Part shown: one piece after another, positions 27,058 through 42,096 of the stretch
Position numbering within the stretch: the first letter of the stretch is position 1
How the letters are laid out: each line of letters starts with the position of its first letter
From: Octopus vulgaris
Taxonomy: Eukaryota
Direction of reading: 5' to 3'
Length of the DNA: 64,000 bases
NCBI GenBank assembly: GCA_951406725.2
Contig: OX597838.1
Span: 41,230,001-41,294,000 of the forward strand
Made by a program: the position numbers and the translations under genes
Notes under the pieces: generated by a model
The model's database searches: none
Seen by the model: the letters and a program-made list of their open reading frames with translations, nothing else
What the model was told of the DNA's origin: nothing

Positions 27058-27093
27058 TATTATTATTGTTATTATTATTATTATTATTATTAT

Positions 27094-27160
<67 letters not shown>

Positions 27161-27162
<2 letters not shown>

Positions 27163-27383
27163 GGCAGCAAGCTGGCAGAATCGTTAGCACATTAGGCAAA
27201 AAAAATTGCTTAGCAGTATGTTGTCCGTATTTAGTTTCTGAGTTCAAATTCCGCTGAGATCGACTTTACCTTTCATTCTTTCGGGGTCGATAAATTAAGT
27301 ACAAGTGAAACACTGGGGTCGATATAATCGATTAGTCCCATCCCCAACAATTTTAGGCCTTGTGCCTATAGTAGTAAGGATTA
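27161..27383 (+). mobile_element. SINE family B between (AGT)n and (ATT)n tracts
   Basis: GGCAGCAAGCTGGCAGAATCGTTAGC head plus the conserved core. Confidence 0.8.
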
Positions 27384-27445
<62 letters not shown>

Positions 27446-28002
27446 GAGTGAGAGAGCAGTTCATGCCATCAAAGTGACACTGGGGTAAAATATACGAAGC
27501 CCAGCATACCCATCATGACTACCCGTCTGATAAGGGTACACCAGGCACATGCATCACAACCATATGTGCGCGACCTGGTGATCTCATATCAAGATAAACT
27601 GCACATGACCTTGCAGGTGGGGCCCAGTTAGAATTTTCTTCAGGTTGAGTAGCCCATCCCGCTCAAAAGGTCCCTGAATAAGGGTTGTTTAAGGATGTTG
27701 CAAAGAAACATCCATGTTTCCAGAGGTGAATTATTCAAACCCCCAAAGAATTCTTCTCAACACACGGCCATGATGCTCCCCCACTACTTCTGCTCATGAT
27801 CAGAGATGCACATATCGTCAGCCGCTAAGGGACATGCTCAACTGGTTAAGGTCAAACAACTGACAAGCAAATCTGTGGTATTGAGCAGAATATTTGCTGC
27901 AGCCCATCTTTTATACCAAGACAAAACAATGTACATGATAACACTTCCAATCAGTTAAGATCAGAACCCATGAGAGCCACTGCCTGGTACTGCATCAGGG
28001 CA
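27446..28002. mobile_element. Unclassified ~560-bp element inserted in (TTA)n
   Basis: Complex GC-richer block with (TTA)n abutting both ends. Confidence 0.45.
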
Positions 28003-28017
28003 TTTATTATTATTATT

Positions 28018-28068
<51 letters not shown>

Positions 28069-28693
28069 ATTTCTGCAAACTTTTATGTCCTTGATATGAC
28101 TTTAAGCTGCATTCGTTAATGGTGCACTGGTTGGGGAGTTTCAAGCTTTTGAAGAGTGAAGAAACCCTGTTCCCAGGTCTACTCTGATCCCTGATGGGGC
28201 TCCAGCTACGAGTTAATTAGCATTGTTTGTTATGAAAGAAACTCTAAGCACAAACATGAATGCTTTGCGAAAAACCAAGGCTGTCAACCTCGACAAGAAA
28301 TCAAGGATCGGAGTCCCTCGGGCAATCTGGTGCCCTCCTTGACACCTTTTCAGCATCTTCCAGGCAGCTCACCAACCCTCTGAAGCAATTTACTTAAAGT
28401 CACGTCCTTTCAATGTAATCAACTTATTCTCTCTCCTTTAACTTGCTGATCTTGTGCCAAAAATTTGAAACAAACATTAAATTTTATACGAGAAGAAAAG
28501 AGATGATGTTCGCCTGCAGTGTTTGTTCCATGCTCTGGAAATAAACAAAAACCATCAGCGAACGAAGTTCTATTTTCAAAATGGTTCGCTTGTTGCTTTT
28601 TTGCAGAATATTTCATTAGAGAAATATTTGCTGGTTGTGTATTTGTGTATGTTGTTAGGTGTTTCATTGAATATCATAACAATAATCTGGAAC

Positions 28694-28781
28694 AGGAGGA
28701 GGAAGAAGAAGAGGAGGAGGAGGAGGAGGAGAAGGAAGAGGAGGAGGAAGAGGAAGAGGAAGAGGAGGAGGAGGAAGAGGA
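28694..28781. repeat. (GAG/GAA)n microsatellite
   Basis: Direct reading. Confidence 0.9.
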
Positions 28782-28854
28782 TAATGGCCATGAAATAAAG
28801 AAGACAGACATTTGGTAGGGATATAGACATACTGTCACAATGTGATATGGCAGA

Positions 28855-28896
<42 letters not shown>

Positions 28897-29118
28897 ATAC
28901 ACACGCATACAAGCACAGTCACACACACACATATACAGACACGCACTCTCATATAAACATTTACAAACACACGTTTTAAAACGTTAGTAGTGGAGTTATG
29001 ATATTTTTGTTTAGCGGGTTTTCTTTATATTTTATGTATGGTGTACGCATGTCTATGTGAATGTATGTATGTGTATATATATATATATGTATATATATAT
29101 ACATATATATATATATAC

Positions 29119-29164
<46 letters not shown>

Positions 29165-29872
29165 GTATATCTATATGAGCCTGTATGTTTGTTTATATGT
29201 ATGAATATACATGTATGTATATATGTATATGCATTATGTATGTGTATATGTATGTATGCATGTATGTATGTGTGTGTATAATATACGCATGCATATGTAT
29301 AATAGACATGGTGTGTATGCATGCGTAAATAACCGAGTGTTTAAAAAAGTTCACTTCGCAATTGTGAGTTTCAGGGTTCGATCCCACAGCGTGACATCTG
29401 AAGTGTGTTTTTATCACAGCTTTGGGTCTGTCTAAACGTTGTGAACTTACGTGGGCAAACAGGAAATGTGAAGCCCACCCCCTTCGAATGGGTTGTATTT
29501 GTAATTCAGAACTGCCGCTTTATTACCACACTGTTCCAGTGAACATTATTTTCTCAATATTTCAACAATTTGTGTAAAAACTCAAACGCTTACAGTCAAA
29601 TGCAATGAGTAGAGAGTTCAAGAGATCGAATAGCTGGAATGCTCTTCGTCGAGAACGACGGAGGATCCGCGTACATTTTCTATTTATGTGCATGATGATG
29701 TGTGTGAGTGCCTTTTTGAGTTGATGTGTGCAGGTAAGTGCATGTGTTATGAGCAGGTATGCCTGTGTGTGTGTGTGTGTGTGTGTTTTTGTGTGTGTGC
29801 AAGCGTGCGAGCGTATGAGCACATGCAAGTATATGAAGGATATTCATTAAGCGCGTATAAAAATGTTTGTTC

Positions 29873-29903
<31 letters not shown>

Positions 29904-30014
29904 TGTGTATTATTGAAGCTGAAATTCTCAGTTTCAATTTCAATTTAGAAACCCAACCTCTAGAACGTGTTTTGAGCACTTCTCTTTCATTCGCCAGATA
30001 TAAAGGAATATATA

Positions 30015-30105
<91 letters not shown>

Positions 30106-30234
30106 CACACACATAATACATACACGTGCACACACATATATACATGCACGCACACACATTCGTACACACGTTTGAATGGTTACGCCAGCGTAGGCGTCTG
30201 TTAATACGCATATCTATTAGGATATGTGTAAATG

Positions 30235-30289
<55 letters not shown>

Positions 30290-30296
30290 ATATGTG

Positions 30297-30366
<70 letters not shown>

Positions 30367-30431
30367 CATACATATATATACATGTATATATATATGCATA
30401 CATATTTGCATAATAGTGGTTTTGTCTCTAA

Positions 30432-30490
<59 letters not shown>

Positions 30491-31742
30491 GATATCTGTA
30501 TATATGCATACATGTGTGTGTGTGTGTATGTGTATTGGATTGATTTTGACATTTTTCTTTTTTTTTTCTGGTCGTTTGTTTTAGTTATTGTTTTTGCAGA
30601 AGCTTAAACATGGAAATATCATTTTGGCTGTAAACAAAGCAACAATTATCAGGCTGTGTTTTATTTATTCACTTAAAAACATCAAATCTGTCGCTCTCAG
30701 ACGACGTTGTTTTGTTTGGGTTTTTTTAAATTTCTTTTGGGTCTTTTTTTTTTTTTTCCTTTTTTATGGTGATGTTGGTGGGGCTGGGTTGTTTATCATT
30801 GCAACTTTTATTACAACGTAAAAGATAGGAAATATATGAAACGGTTTGGGAAGTTATTATCAACTGCAGCAAATAAAAAACGAATAAAATCAGTCAAAAA
30901 CCGACAAGCTGGGTGCGAGGTGGGTGTGGTGGGGAGGCAAGGAATGAGTTTGTTTTTGAAATTACAAAAACAAGATCGATAACGAAACGAAACGAAACAA
31001 GAAGCAAAAGAAATTACGAAACTGTCACACAGAATAATTTGGTAATTTCAATTTTCGCTTCCATCCACCGAATACGTTTGTTCGGAGTTATAGATGTTTA
31101 CCATTTACCATTGATTTTTTTTTTTTGTTTCAATCATTGGACTGTGGCCATGCTGGGGCACCACCTTGAAGGGTTTCATCGAACAAATCGACCCTAGTAC
31201 TTATTTGTCTTTTCAAGTATATCAATTGCTTTTGCCGAACCGCTAAGTTACTGGGTCGTAAACAAATTAATGCTGGTTGTCAAGTGATGATGGGGAGGAC
31301 AAACACTGTACCAAAGACATGCATACATACATATATGTTTATGTATATATACAACGGGCTTCCGCACAGTTTCTGTCTGTCAAAATCACTCACAAACCAT
31401 TTGTATACATAATCAGTAAAAAACCGTCTTTTCTACATTTATTTACTTATATTCCTTTTCACAGGGTTTCCTAGTGACAGGAAGTGAGATTCGAACTCTC
31501 ACCTTCATCAGTTCATTACCCGCGACTCGTTCTATATCTGTCAACTCCATATGGGTTAAAAGATATAAATGCCCTAGGATAAGTTTGAACTCGAAGTGAA
31601 GAGAACAGCCGGTTCAAAAATCTACGATGCATTTTATCCGGCTGTCGCATGACTATAACATGACTATGAATAGTTACACATATAAATATATACATATACT
31701 TGCATACACATATACATATGTATGCATATGTGTGTGTGTGTT

Positions 31743-31863
<121 letters not shown>

Positions 31864-32570
31864 CGGTTCGGCAAGAGCAGAGATCAGAGAGAGAAAGAGA
31901 TATAAATAGAATTTTTAAAACGCAACTAAAAATTCTTGTTGCAGATAATTTTTTGTGAAGAGATTGAAAATGGTATTATAACGAAAACAGGAGATTCCAG
32001 AACACCAAAACATGTTTGAGCCGACGAAAAATATATTTGGGAAAAGAAACTTGGAGTCATTTGTGAGTATATTAAAGCTGGAAACCCTAGAATTGTGAAT
32101 TGTGGAACAGGAATGGAAGTGGTGCTTGTGGGATACAATGGTACGATCTTGTGTCCCTTCGTCAAAAGGATAAAGAAAAGAGACACAAGGAAATTTATTC
32201 TCGTTTGTCGATCTGCCGCAATGACTTGAAAATCTACACACATACACAAATAATAAGTTTTGGGGGTAAACATAGAAATTTATCGAATAGGTATATAACA
32301 TAACGATAGCTTTTGTTATCCCTATAAGGAAGATGCAGTGCAGAGAATCAGCGACGTAGAGAAAGAGTTAACTCGCATTTCCAAATGTCTCATGGTAAAT
32401 AAATCCTTAATATTGACGATTATAACTAAATATCTTCGAGTCAATACTTCCAAGCATAAAAATTCCACGAGCATAAAATATATTTGAGATGCTATCAACC
32501 AGCAGATGTTAATTCCTGAAGTAAAAATCAATATGCATTTCAGTTCAAATATATTGAGGGGTTGGGGGTT

Positions 32571-32611
<41 letters not shown>

Positions 32612-33595
32612 GAAATAAAGAGAATGCACAGTATTGAAAACGGTGCTATTGTAAATGAAGGTGGTTTCGAAACTATTTGAAAGAGACATCTATATTCGGA
32701 AAATAATCGATTTTTAAGACCTTTAAGCAATGCAGGTTACAAGTGAAGTCAAATATACAAGGTGATGCCATTAAAAAGAAAGACAAAATATTGTGTCACC
32801 TTCCATAAGTTGTTTAATGCTCAAGGCAACGAGCTTGCAGAATCGTTAGAACTGCCGGACAAACTGCTTGGCGGCATTTCGTCCGTCCTTATGTTCTGAG
32901 TTCATATTCTACCGAGATCGACTTTACCTTTTATCTTTTTAAGTCAAGTTGAGAATTGGGGTCGATGGAATCGGCTTACCCCGCCCCTCACAATTACTGG
33001 CCTTGTACCAACATTTGAAGGTCTTATATTTTGGGAAAGTTTTCCTTTATCCATAGAAATTAATCCAAGATTTCGGAGGTGGGGGTCATTATTATCAGCC
33101 TGCCATTCCGGTGATAATACCACATTTTCTCTGAATTCTCCGATTCTTATATTTGATGAGGGGAAATATTTCCTAAATATAATAGAAACATTAAACAACT
33201 TTTATCGAGTGAATATATATTTTGTCAGTTTCGTTACTGGCATCACCTTATATATTTTTTTATAACTTCTCACCTGTATTGTTAAAGGTCTTCTTTAAAA
33301 TATTTATATCATTTACACACTGAAGCGCTTCAGGTAAATTACAGAACTCTTATAAATGGATTAAGGAATGGAAATGGAAACCAATAATCGCTTAATCCAG
33401 TGGATTGTTCTCTTCTGGAATACCAATTAAAGCGTCTCAACCCATGTCCCGGCGAGAGAGAAGGCAAGACTGGGTGAATTTCACTTCCTTGTATCAGTTC
33501 GTTATTATGGCGAGAAGATCGATTCGCTTTGAGCAAGAGAAAAATACGTTCCCCAGCAAACATAGAAACTTAGCGAGTGCTAGTTTATCTATATA

Positions 33596-33978
33596 TCTCT
33601 CTATATATAAACGGCAGTTTGTCTGTGCGTTTTCTGTGTGTCTGTTTTCTCGTACCCTCACTCTGACCACGGCTTTCAACCGATTCTGATGAAACTTGAC
33701 ACACACATAGCCCAATGTCATAATTCAAAACTAACGCAGCGAAAATTTTGAAAAGTTCCCCCAGTTCTGAAAAAAATCGATAAATTCGACATGGAGTCGA
33801 GAATCAGAAACCCAAACCACAGACTGTCTAGGGGACGCAACTCCACCTTTTTTAACTCTCAAAAAAATTTACCATCATTTTTTTTCCATTTTTTTGCTAT
33901 TTTTTGGCTATAACTCTCTAAAAATGCTTTATAGTTATTTCCCTTACAAACCTGAGCAACGCCGGGCGATACTGCTAG
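33596..33978 (+). mobile_element. Non-autonomous Helitron, family H2
   Basis: A|TC...CTAG|T termini; same 3' hairpin as H1 but a different 5' two-thirds. Confidence 0.85.
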
Positions 33979-34436
33979 TCTTATATATAACAACCCCCAC
34001 CTCCGAAATCTTGGATCAATTTTTAGGTTATATTGGATAACATTTCCCAAAATATAAGATATATAGATATCTAGCACTCGCTCTAGATATAAGGGAGGAG
34101 TCTTCGAATCTACTTTTAGGTAGATGCAAGGCTAAGCTTCGACTCTCACAAACTTTGATAAGCTGGAACAAGAATTAAATAGTCGAGCCAGTGGTGTTTT
34201 CGTCGGTGAGGCAGAGGGACACTGGGAGATTTATTCTCTTCAGTATTGGGTCTACCAAGCTTTCTAAATCGTATCTAATTGCAATGAGACATAACATCGT
34301 TAGTTGTAAAATAATTTGGATCACCGCAGCCATTCCAAATGAAGCTTACACAAGGAGATGTATTCTATGGAATATTGAAAGATACAATTGTTTCGCGACT
34401 CTGGTCAGAATTCACCACGATACAAATGTTATGCTA

Positions 34437-34718
34437 CAGAGAGAGACAGGGGGAGGGAGAGAGACAGAGGGAGAGGGACAGAGAGAGGCAGAGAGGCAGA
34501 GGGAGGGGGAGGGAGGGGAGGGAGGGGAGGGAGGGGATGGAGGGGGAGAGAGAGGGGGGAGGAGGGAGAAAGAGGGGGAGAGGGGGAGGGGGAGGGAGGG
34601 AGGGAGACAGAAGGGAGACAGAAGGGGAGAGACAGAGAGAGGGAGGAAGGGAGAGGGAGGGAGGGAGAGAGAGATAGAAGGGGAGAGAGACAGAGAGAGG
34701 GAGAGAGGCAGAGAGAGG

Positions 34719-34752
<34 letters not shown>
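34437..34752. repeat. GA-rich polypurine tract plus (TG)n
   Basis: Direct reading. Confidence 0.9.
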
Positions 34753-34754
<2 letters not shown>

Positions 34755-36793
34755 CTCGGTTTCATTGCATTCGATTTTTTTAAAACACCAATTAAATCGC
34801 CTTTCCTTGTTTGATACAAAACAAACAGCAAGAGATAGAAAGTGTAAAATCTGCAAGTATGAACCCCGTTACTATGGCGCAACATCGGTTCGGAGACTCA
34901 AGTTGTGACACGTTTTCCGCTAAACGGACATGTTTAACGCAATGTATTGCGTAACGTCAGGTCGTATAAGCCATATTAAATAGGAGCCAGAGTTGCCCAC
35001 TACATCCATTCTTCCGAATTTATCTCTTGGCAGAAAGAAAAAACTATTAATAGAATCATGGTTTCAGGATTGCTGAGTAATTAAGAGGTTAGCTATCTAA
35101 TCGCGTGGTCCGGGTTCGTTTCCCCTGTGTCTTGTCTTAAGCAAGTATCTTATACGATGTTCTCGCGTTGTAAGTGAAATTGAGTTGATGGAAATTGTGT
35201 GGAAGACCGTCAGATGGACTGTATCGATAAATCAAAAGGTACCCATCCTTGTCACACATTGGTACACTGTCATTGATTCTGCCTGAGCAATACGCTAAGA
35301 GTCTGTGGAATACTCAACCACTTACAAACTGATTTAATGAGCAGCGAATGAATTTGCTCAACCAACCGAACATTCGTGTTTGAAGTTGATGGATCTATTA
35401 AATTATTAGTAAAAATTATATAATAATCTGGTGTAACATTTACAATGTAACATGCAAACGTGGAACGGCACTAGTCGTAATATTTTGTCTTGGAAACACT
35501 TCTGAAAGAGGCTTGAGAGCTAAAACAAGGCGAATCATCAGACGCTGGTGTTCCCATATCATTTGATCTCCTTAAGGACGAATTCTCCTGGATAAAATTA
35601 TATGGCATACATTTATAAAAGTTATTCAAGGAATTTTTCAAGCTTAAGGGAATATTCTGAAGACCCAGATCAAAATAAGTCTCGATGTAAATATTGTTTA
35701 ATTAAATGGAAAGTGAACAACACAGCAGAGTTTATATCACATATCTCTGGAATTCTGAAAGCTTATAAAAGTCATATGCATGTAGAAAATCGATTGAAAA
35801 GCGGAAATTGAAACCAATTATCAGTAAATTATAGCTCGGAATCAATGCGTTGAATTTCTGGAACATGGATTAAATCGTTTCCATCTGTGTGACATAAGAG
35901 GAAATAATGTCTGTCACACGTCTGTATGAGAGAGGAGATGGCGAACGGCCTAATGAAATTTGCTGTATTGTGTGACGCTGATAATAGAGATTTAGCGATT
36001 AGTAATATAGAAAAGTATATATACAATGAATCCGTAATACAACCAGTTGGTCCATTCAATCTTCTAAATTTATGTCTGGTGGCAACAGTAAGCTATTTAT
36101 AAAGAATTTATAAATACAACCAGACGGGGTGATTCCAGCACAAAATTAAAGGGTAAGACAGCAAGAAAATGCATTCTAGGTACCATTTACTAAGAATGTT
36201 AAATTCCTAACACTGGAAGTGTTCTCCCAATATCTGAAACAATATCAGAGACAATTATATTTGACATAAAATATCTAAGAATATACGGACCGTATATATT
36301 GAGAGAACAGTATTCAATTTAGCCATTGAAAAATATATCTTCGAAAATTTGATACGCGGTTTCAGACACCATGAAAGAGAACAGAAATAATTCAATCAGT
36401 CATTATTTCAGGACAAAATTTGCTTACACTTCTGAACTCTTCAAGTGCCATGCTCTAAGAATCGGGCTGATAATTTATATTCAAAATATAAAATTGAATC
36501 CGATTTACAGAGCGCAATACCTGAATATTTTAAGAATATAATTAAAATGAAATAATAAATAATTTCCCACTGTTACTACACTGTATTTGAAACCGTGTAC
36601 TAATTTTTCGGAGATAAAACTTTGAAATCGGGAATTAATATGTGTGGTGGAAGTGTATGGTTGCATGTGTGTACACACATACGCACACACACACATACAC
36701 ACACCAGTGCGCATACACATACACTCCTGCCCACACACGCATTGACTCATTGCCGAATCTGTCCGTACAATGTACATTATTTCAGACCTGTAA

Positions 36794-37005
36794 AGGCGGC
36801 AAGCTGGCAGAATCGTTAGCACGACGGACAAAACACTTAACGGCTTTTTCGTCCGCCCTTATGTTTTGAGTTCAAATTCCGCCGAGGTCGACACTGCTTT
36901 TCATCCTTTTGTGGTCAATTGAATAAGTACCAGTTGAGCCCTAAGGTCGATGGAATCGACTTGCACTTCCCCGCCAAATGTCAGTCTTTGTTCCTTTACC
37001 AGAAA
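36794..37005 (+). mobile_element. SINE family B
   Basis: AGGCGGCAAGCTGGCAGAATCGTTAGC head plus core; further copies near 32825-33015 (+), 47745-47950 (-) and 56720-56900 (-). Confidence 0.8.
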
Positions 37006-37430
37006 GAGTTATTTCAGACAGAATTTTGCCCGATGTGTACCGCCATGGGCCCAGTGCGATAGTGCCGAGCATAAAAGAGCCCTGCTTCAGCTAGAAACCA
37101 CCATACTTCGCTTGTTAGACACGACTGTTCTGTGCATGGGTTGAAAACTGAAATTTATGGCAAAACAACTTTATTATATCTTATGTGTAATGTGTTGTGT
37201 GGTTTTGTTGGCATATTGTTTCCATTTTGTTTTCTTTTTGTTTTCTTTTTTTTTTCTTTGTCTCTTAAAAGACTGCATCTCTGCTCGAGGAAATGTCTTG
37301 GTTCCATTAGGATTCCGCTAAGCCATAATAAATACGGACTATATATATGTATGTATATACATATGTATACACAAATACATATATATATATATACGCACAT
37401 ATACATGCCTATATACATATATACATACAT

Positions 37431-37487
<57 letters not shown>

Positions 37488-39829
37488 TACACACATACAT
37501 ACACAGATACATGTATTGCATTACCGTTGTGTTGTTTACTTACGTTCCAGATGCCACTCCAAAATGATTCTCGATCATTCTAAAGAGAAACGTTTACGAC
37601 CTTGGCAGTGTGACCTACCATAATGTGTAATTATGCACAGATCGAAGTCTCCATCTTCCAGACGCTGAATATTTGACTATGACGCAATCAAATAGTTGTA
37701 ATAAAGATCGATCGTAAAGAGAAAACACAGCCAAAATGGATGACCTCACACCATACAAGTGTCGGTTGACTCAGAAAATATATCGGGCAATTAGATACTA
37801 TTATCAAGTAGAAAATGAGTAATAAATTCATGAAACACTATGACTGTCTATTGGCATTGTCAGCAAGAGACAATAAAAGCTATGTTAATGCCCTTAAAGA
37901 GAGAACTGCGAATAATAAGTGGAAAACATCATAACCGTAAGAAATTACTAAAACGTAGAAACATCAGTCGTAAGTGTGTACTAAACCTACAAATAGTAGA
38001 TCGCCGTATGAAAGGTCATACTACCAAAGCCCCTCCCAGAATGATCTAAATAGTTGCTGTTGTTGTTGCTGTTGTTGTTCGTGATAGTGGTGATGGTAGG
38101 GACGTTTAGTCCCAGCTCAGCCGTAAATAAGCATATCCATGTTCAAAAGCATTTCACTCGTGACCATTCTGTCTTTCACTCAGATATCAGGTACCGAGGA
38201 CTACGTTGTCTAGGACTAACTTGGACTACATTGCCTACTGTGTTATACTTATTTTTTCTTATTTTTTCCTGGACGGTTAGGAAGTGATTTAGGGGAGGTT
38301 TTTGCAGCTGGCCTCTCGAAAATGTCGAGATATCGAAGCTCTCCGGTGGCAACGTAGCGAACGCTGTCGTCTGCTTGTGCCGGAAGCATCGTGTAACAAG
38401 TCACGTGTTGTGTTGCAATGGCAGATGAAGTGATTCGTTTGTTACTGAATGTTCTTAATATTGTCTGGATATTTTCATGAATCTATTTTGAAGCTGTGAA
38501 TGTTAGAAACATTTTCTGTTTTGTTGTTTTTTTTTTCATCCTGTCCAAGAAAATGTCTTAATTGATCTTAACTTACACAAAAATAGACATAGCTGTGTGC
38601 TTTAGAAGTTCGTTTTGCAGTTAAGGCCGCAGCGCGACCCCATGGACAAGTGTCTTTCATTACAGCCCCGAGGCCGACAAATGCCTTGCGAATGAATTTA
38701 GAAGACGAAAACTGTGTGGAAGCCCGCTCTGTACACACACACATACACACACACACACACACACGCGCGCGCGCACATACACACACAAATTTATGACTCA
38801 AACTGTAATTTGATCCATAACTATTTCAAAATTAAGTAAAGCTATAAGACATGAACGCACAGCCACCCCGGGGCACACACGTTCTTTTTCGCACTCTCAT
38901 AGAATTTACACCATGCCACACGCATTCCTCTCTCTATCTCTCTCTTTCTTTTTCTCTCTCACGCACACACACACACACACACACATACACACATACACAC
39001 ACACACGCATGTATCCTTCTTCACATCCCTGTAAATATAAATATAGAACCTGTAATCTAAGAGACAGATCGATCTGGAGTAGAGAAGGCGTGTTATTGAT
39101 GAGGTCGCGAATATCGACGAAAGGACTCTGACGAACATGGCTGGATGATTGAGTGAGTGAGGTAAGGAAGGAAGGAAGGAAGGAAGGAAGGAAGGAAGGA
39201 AGGAGGGAGAGATGAGGAGGGGTGGAGTTACTGAACAGTTAATCAAATAATTCATTAGTTAATTTCTTAAATGTTTAACTAGTGGACTAGTAAGAATAAT
39301 AAAAGAAGTGAAATAGAACCAACACGTGTGTTTATTATTGGCTTAATAACCCTCCCAGGACAGCAAAATATGTTTTAACACATATCTTCACATCAAGCAG
39401 CTTGCAAACCAAATGCAAAAATGAAAAATACAAAACCGAAATATTGTAGTAATGTCTCCATGGAAACGCTTTTTTTTTTTACTTCTTTACTTTTATTATA
39501 ATTAATGTTTAAAGTACACTTAGAAGACTGATGCGTCTGTTTTATCACCGTTAATGAAAAAGCTCAAGATTGATAATTAATTTTTTTTTTTAATTTAATA
39601 AGTATTTCAACTACATTTTATGGTGTTGTGTAAACATGCGCTTACCACTGTTTATTCAAATAAACAGGAAGCGAGTGGCAAGCTCGACTGACTGATGCAA
39701 TCTGGGTATAAGTGAAAACAAGCTGTGAAACGCGCTTCTAGAAATTCGGTATCACAAACAGCGATATGATATATCCCTTTTTTTCCCCTTTTTGTTTCTC
39801 TAAATTACACTCTCTGTGAATGGGTTTGG

Positions 39830-40184
39830 GACCATTTGACATTGACCTAGTTCTCTCATCAAATAGTAGTAATTGGCATTTAGTAGTGGCAATTGCTGTC
39901 TTCAACATGAATTCCTTTTGTGGAGTTCTGAAACCCCCTTTGCCTCATTTCTACAATCAGAAAATCTTTATTGCTTTCAACCTTTCAGCAGTCTAGAACA
40001 ACCAAATCTTAGTTAGTCGGTGGAGGGACTCCACTACCTCATATGTTCTTAAAATTTAAATCCACATATTTGTCTATATATCTACCTTCTCTATAATGTT
40101 GCCACTTGATTTGAACATTTTTGTATTAATGGAAAACCTCTATAGTTGGCTATGATGTAGTACGAAACGATCGTACAAAATTAC

Positions 40185-40235
<51 letters not shown>

Positions 40236-40650
40236 TCAAAATAAGCAACAAGAATATCATCGTAATTTGGTACGATCGTTTCACGCTACATCATTTTATT
40301 AAACATTGTAAGTTTTAAATTGTTGAGCAATCATCAGCCATTTATAGAGGCTTTCCATTAATACATATTTTCATATTAATTGATAACATTATAAAGAGGG
40401 TAGATATATAGACAGAGATTTCGATTTGAATTTTAAGTTCATTAAGGTAGTAGAATTTATCTTCTGACTGAAGAATATATTGAACTGCTAGAAGGTGGGG
40501 AAGGATATTCAGTTGAATGGAGACAACAGAGATTTTCTATTTATAGAAATAGGGGTGAAATAAATGTCAGAAGTTATTCCTAAAGAAATTAAAGTAGGGA
40601 GGGGGTTATAATGCCCTAGAAGCTGTTTACTACTATTTGGCAAACAGATT
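39830..40650. mobile_element. Two diverged Penelope-like terminal segments in inverted orientation around a (TA)n tract
   Basis: GTATTAATGGAAAACCTCTATA...GAAACGATCGTAC on the left mirrors GTACGATCGTTTC...TATAGAGGCTTTCCATTAATAC on the right. Confidence 0.6.
40268..40340 (-). ncRNA. Type I hammerhead motif with long stem II insertion
   Basis: UGG-CUGAUGA-UUGCU-(about 40 nt)-AGCGU-GAAA-CGAUC-GUA-CCA; stem III ACGAUCGU is palindromic. Confidence 0.65.
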
Positions 40651-41113
40651 TCTATATCTCTTATTATAAAAGGCAGATTTTATCTGCCTCCCTTTGTATC
40701 TTATAGAAATCTACAATATAGGATTTCTTCAATTACAATTTACCTAGCATTTTAAAGAGTAGAATGCATCGGGTCGTGACAGGTCCACTTTTTAAAATTT
40801 CAACCCCAATTAAGCAAAATTTAGAGAAAACTCACATTGTGGTGTATGAGTCAAATGCTTCTCTTAGTGTGGGATACAGCACACGCAAACGCACACACAC
40901 AGTGTGCAACGAATAAAGTGAAACTAATTCACTTTCTGTAGTGAGTGACTATTTCACGCTACATTCCCACTTCCACTTTACACACATAGACACGCAAATA
41001 TATAAATAAAATTGTAAGCTAACGTGTGTGTGTGTGAGTGTGTGTGCGTGTGTGTGTGTGTGTGAGGGTGTGTGTGTGTGTGTGTGTGTGTGCGTGACTG
41101 TGTGACAGGAAAA

Positions 41114-42096
41114 TTTTTTAGGACGAATATAAGACTTATATCCAAGTAGCAGAAAGATCGCCCAAAAGTGTATATAGATATTTAAATGTATTTATATATT
41201 CATCTATACACAGATGTATGTATAATGTGTGTGTATATATTTGCATAGAGGTAACCTTTCACTCCATACAAAGTTTTTAGGACGAATATAAGACCTATAT
41301 CCAAGTAGCAGAAAGATCGCCCGAAAGTGTATATAGATATTTAAATGTATTTATATATTCATCTATACACAGATGTATGTATAATGTGTGTGTATATATT
41401 TCCATAGAGGTAACCTTTCATTCCATACAAAGTTTTTTAGGACGAATATAAGACCTATATCCAAGTAGCAGAAAGATCGCCCAAAAGTGTATATAGATAT
41501 TTAAATGTATTTATATATTCATCTATACACAGATGTATGTATAATGTGTGTGTATATATTTCCATAGATTTAACCTTTCACTCCATACAAAGTTTTTTAG
41601 GACGAATATAAGACCTATATCCAAGTAGCAGAAAGATCGCCCAAAAGTGTATATAGATATTTAAATGTATTTATATATTCATCTATACACAGATGTATGT
41701 ATAATGTGTGTGTATATATTTCCATAGATTTAACCTTTCACTCCATACAAAGTTTTTTAGGACGAATATAAGACCTATATCCAAGTAGCAGAAAGATCGC
41801 CCAAAAGTGTATATAGATATTTAAATGTATTTATATATTCATCTATACACAGATGTATGTATAATGTGTGTGTATATATTTCCATACACGTAACCATTCA
41901 CTCCGCACAAAGTTTTTTAGGACGAAAATAAGATCTAAAGTTATCTCTAAGTAGCACAAAGATCGCCCAAAAGTGTATATAGATATTTAAATGTATTTAT
42001 ATATTCATCTATACACACATGTATGTATAATGTGCGTGTATATATTTCCATAGAGGTAACCATTCAATCCATACAAAGTTTTTTAGGACGAAAATA
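41114..42096. repeat. Tandem array, period about 160 bp, 6 units plus a partial
   Basis: GACGAA(T/A)AT recurs at 41122, 41281, 41441, 41601, 41761, 41921 and 42087. Confidence 0.95.

Noticed and set aside
34191-34885. Gly/Glu/Arg- and Pro/Ser-rich ORFs
   Set aside because: GA-rich low-complexity tract
41114-42096. CRISPR-like array
   Set aside because: Units repeat over their entire length with no unique spacers; eukaryotic context and no cas genes
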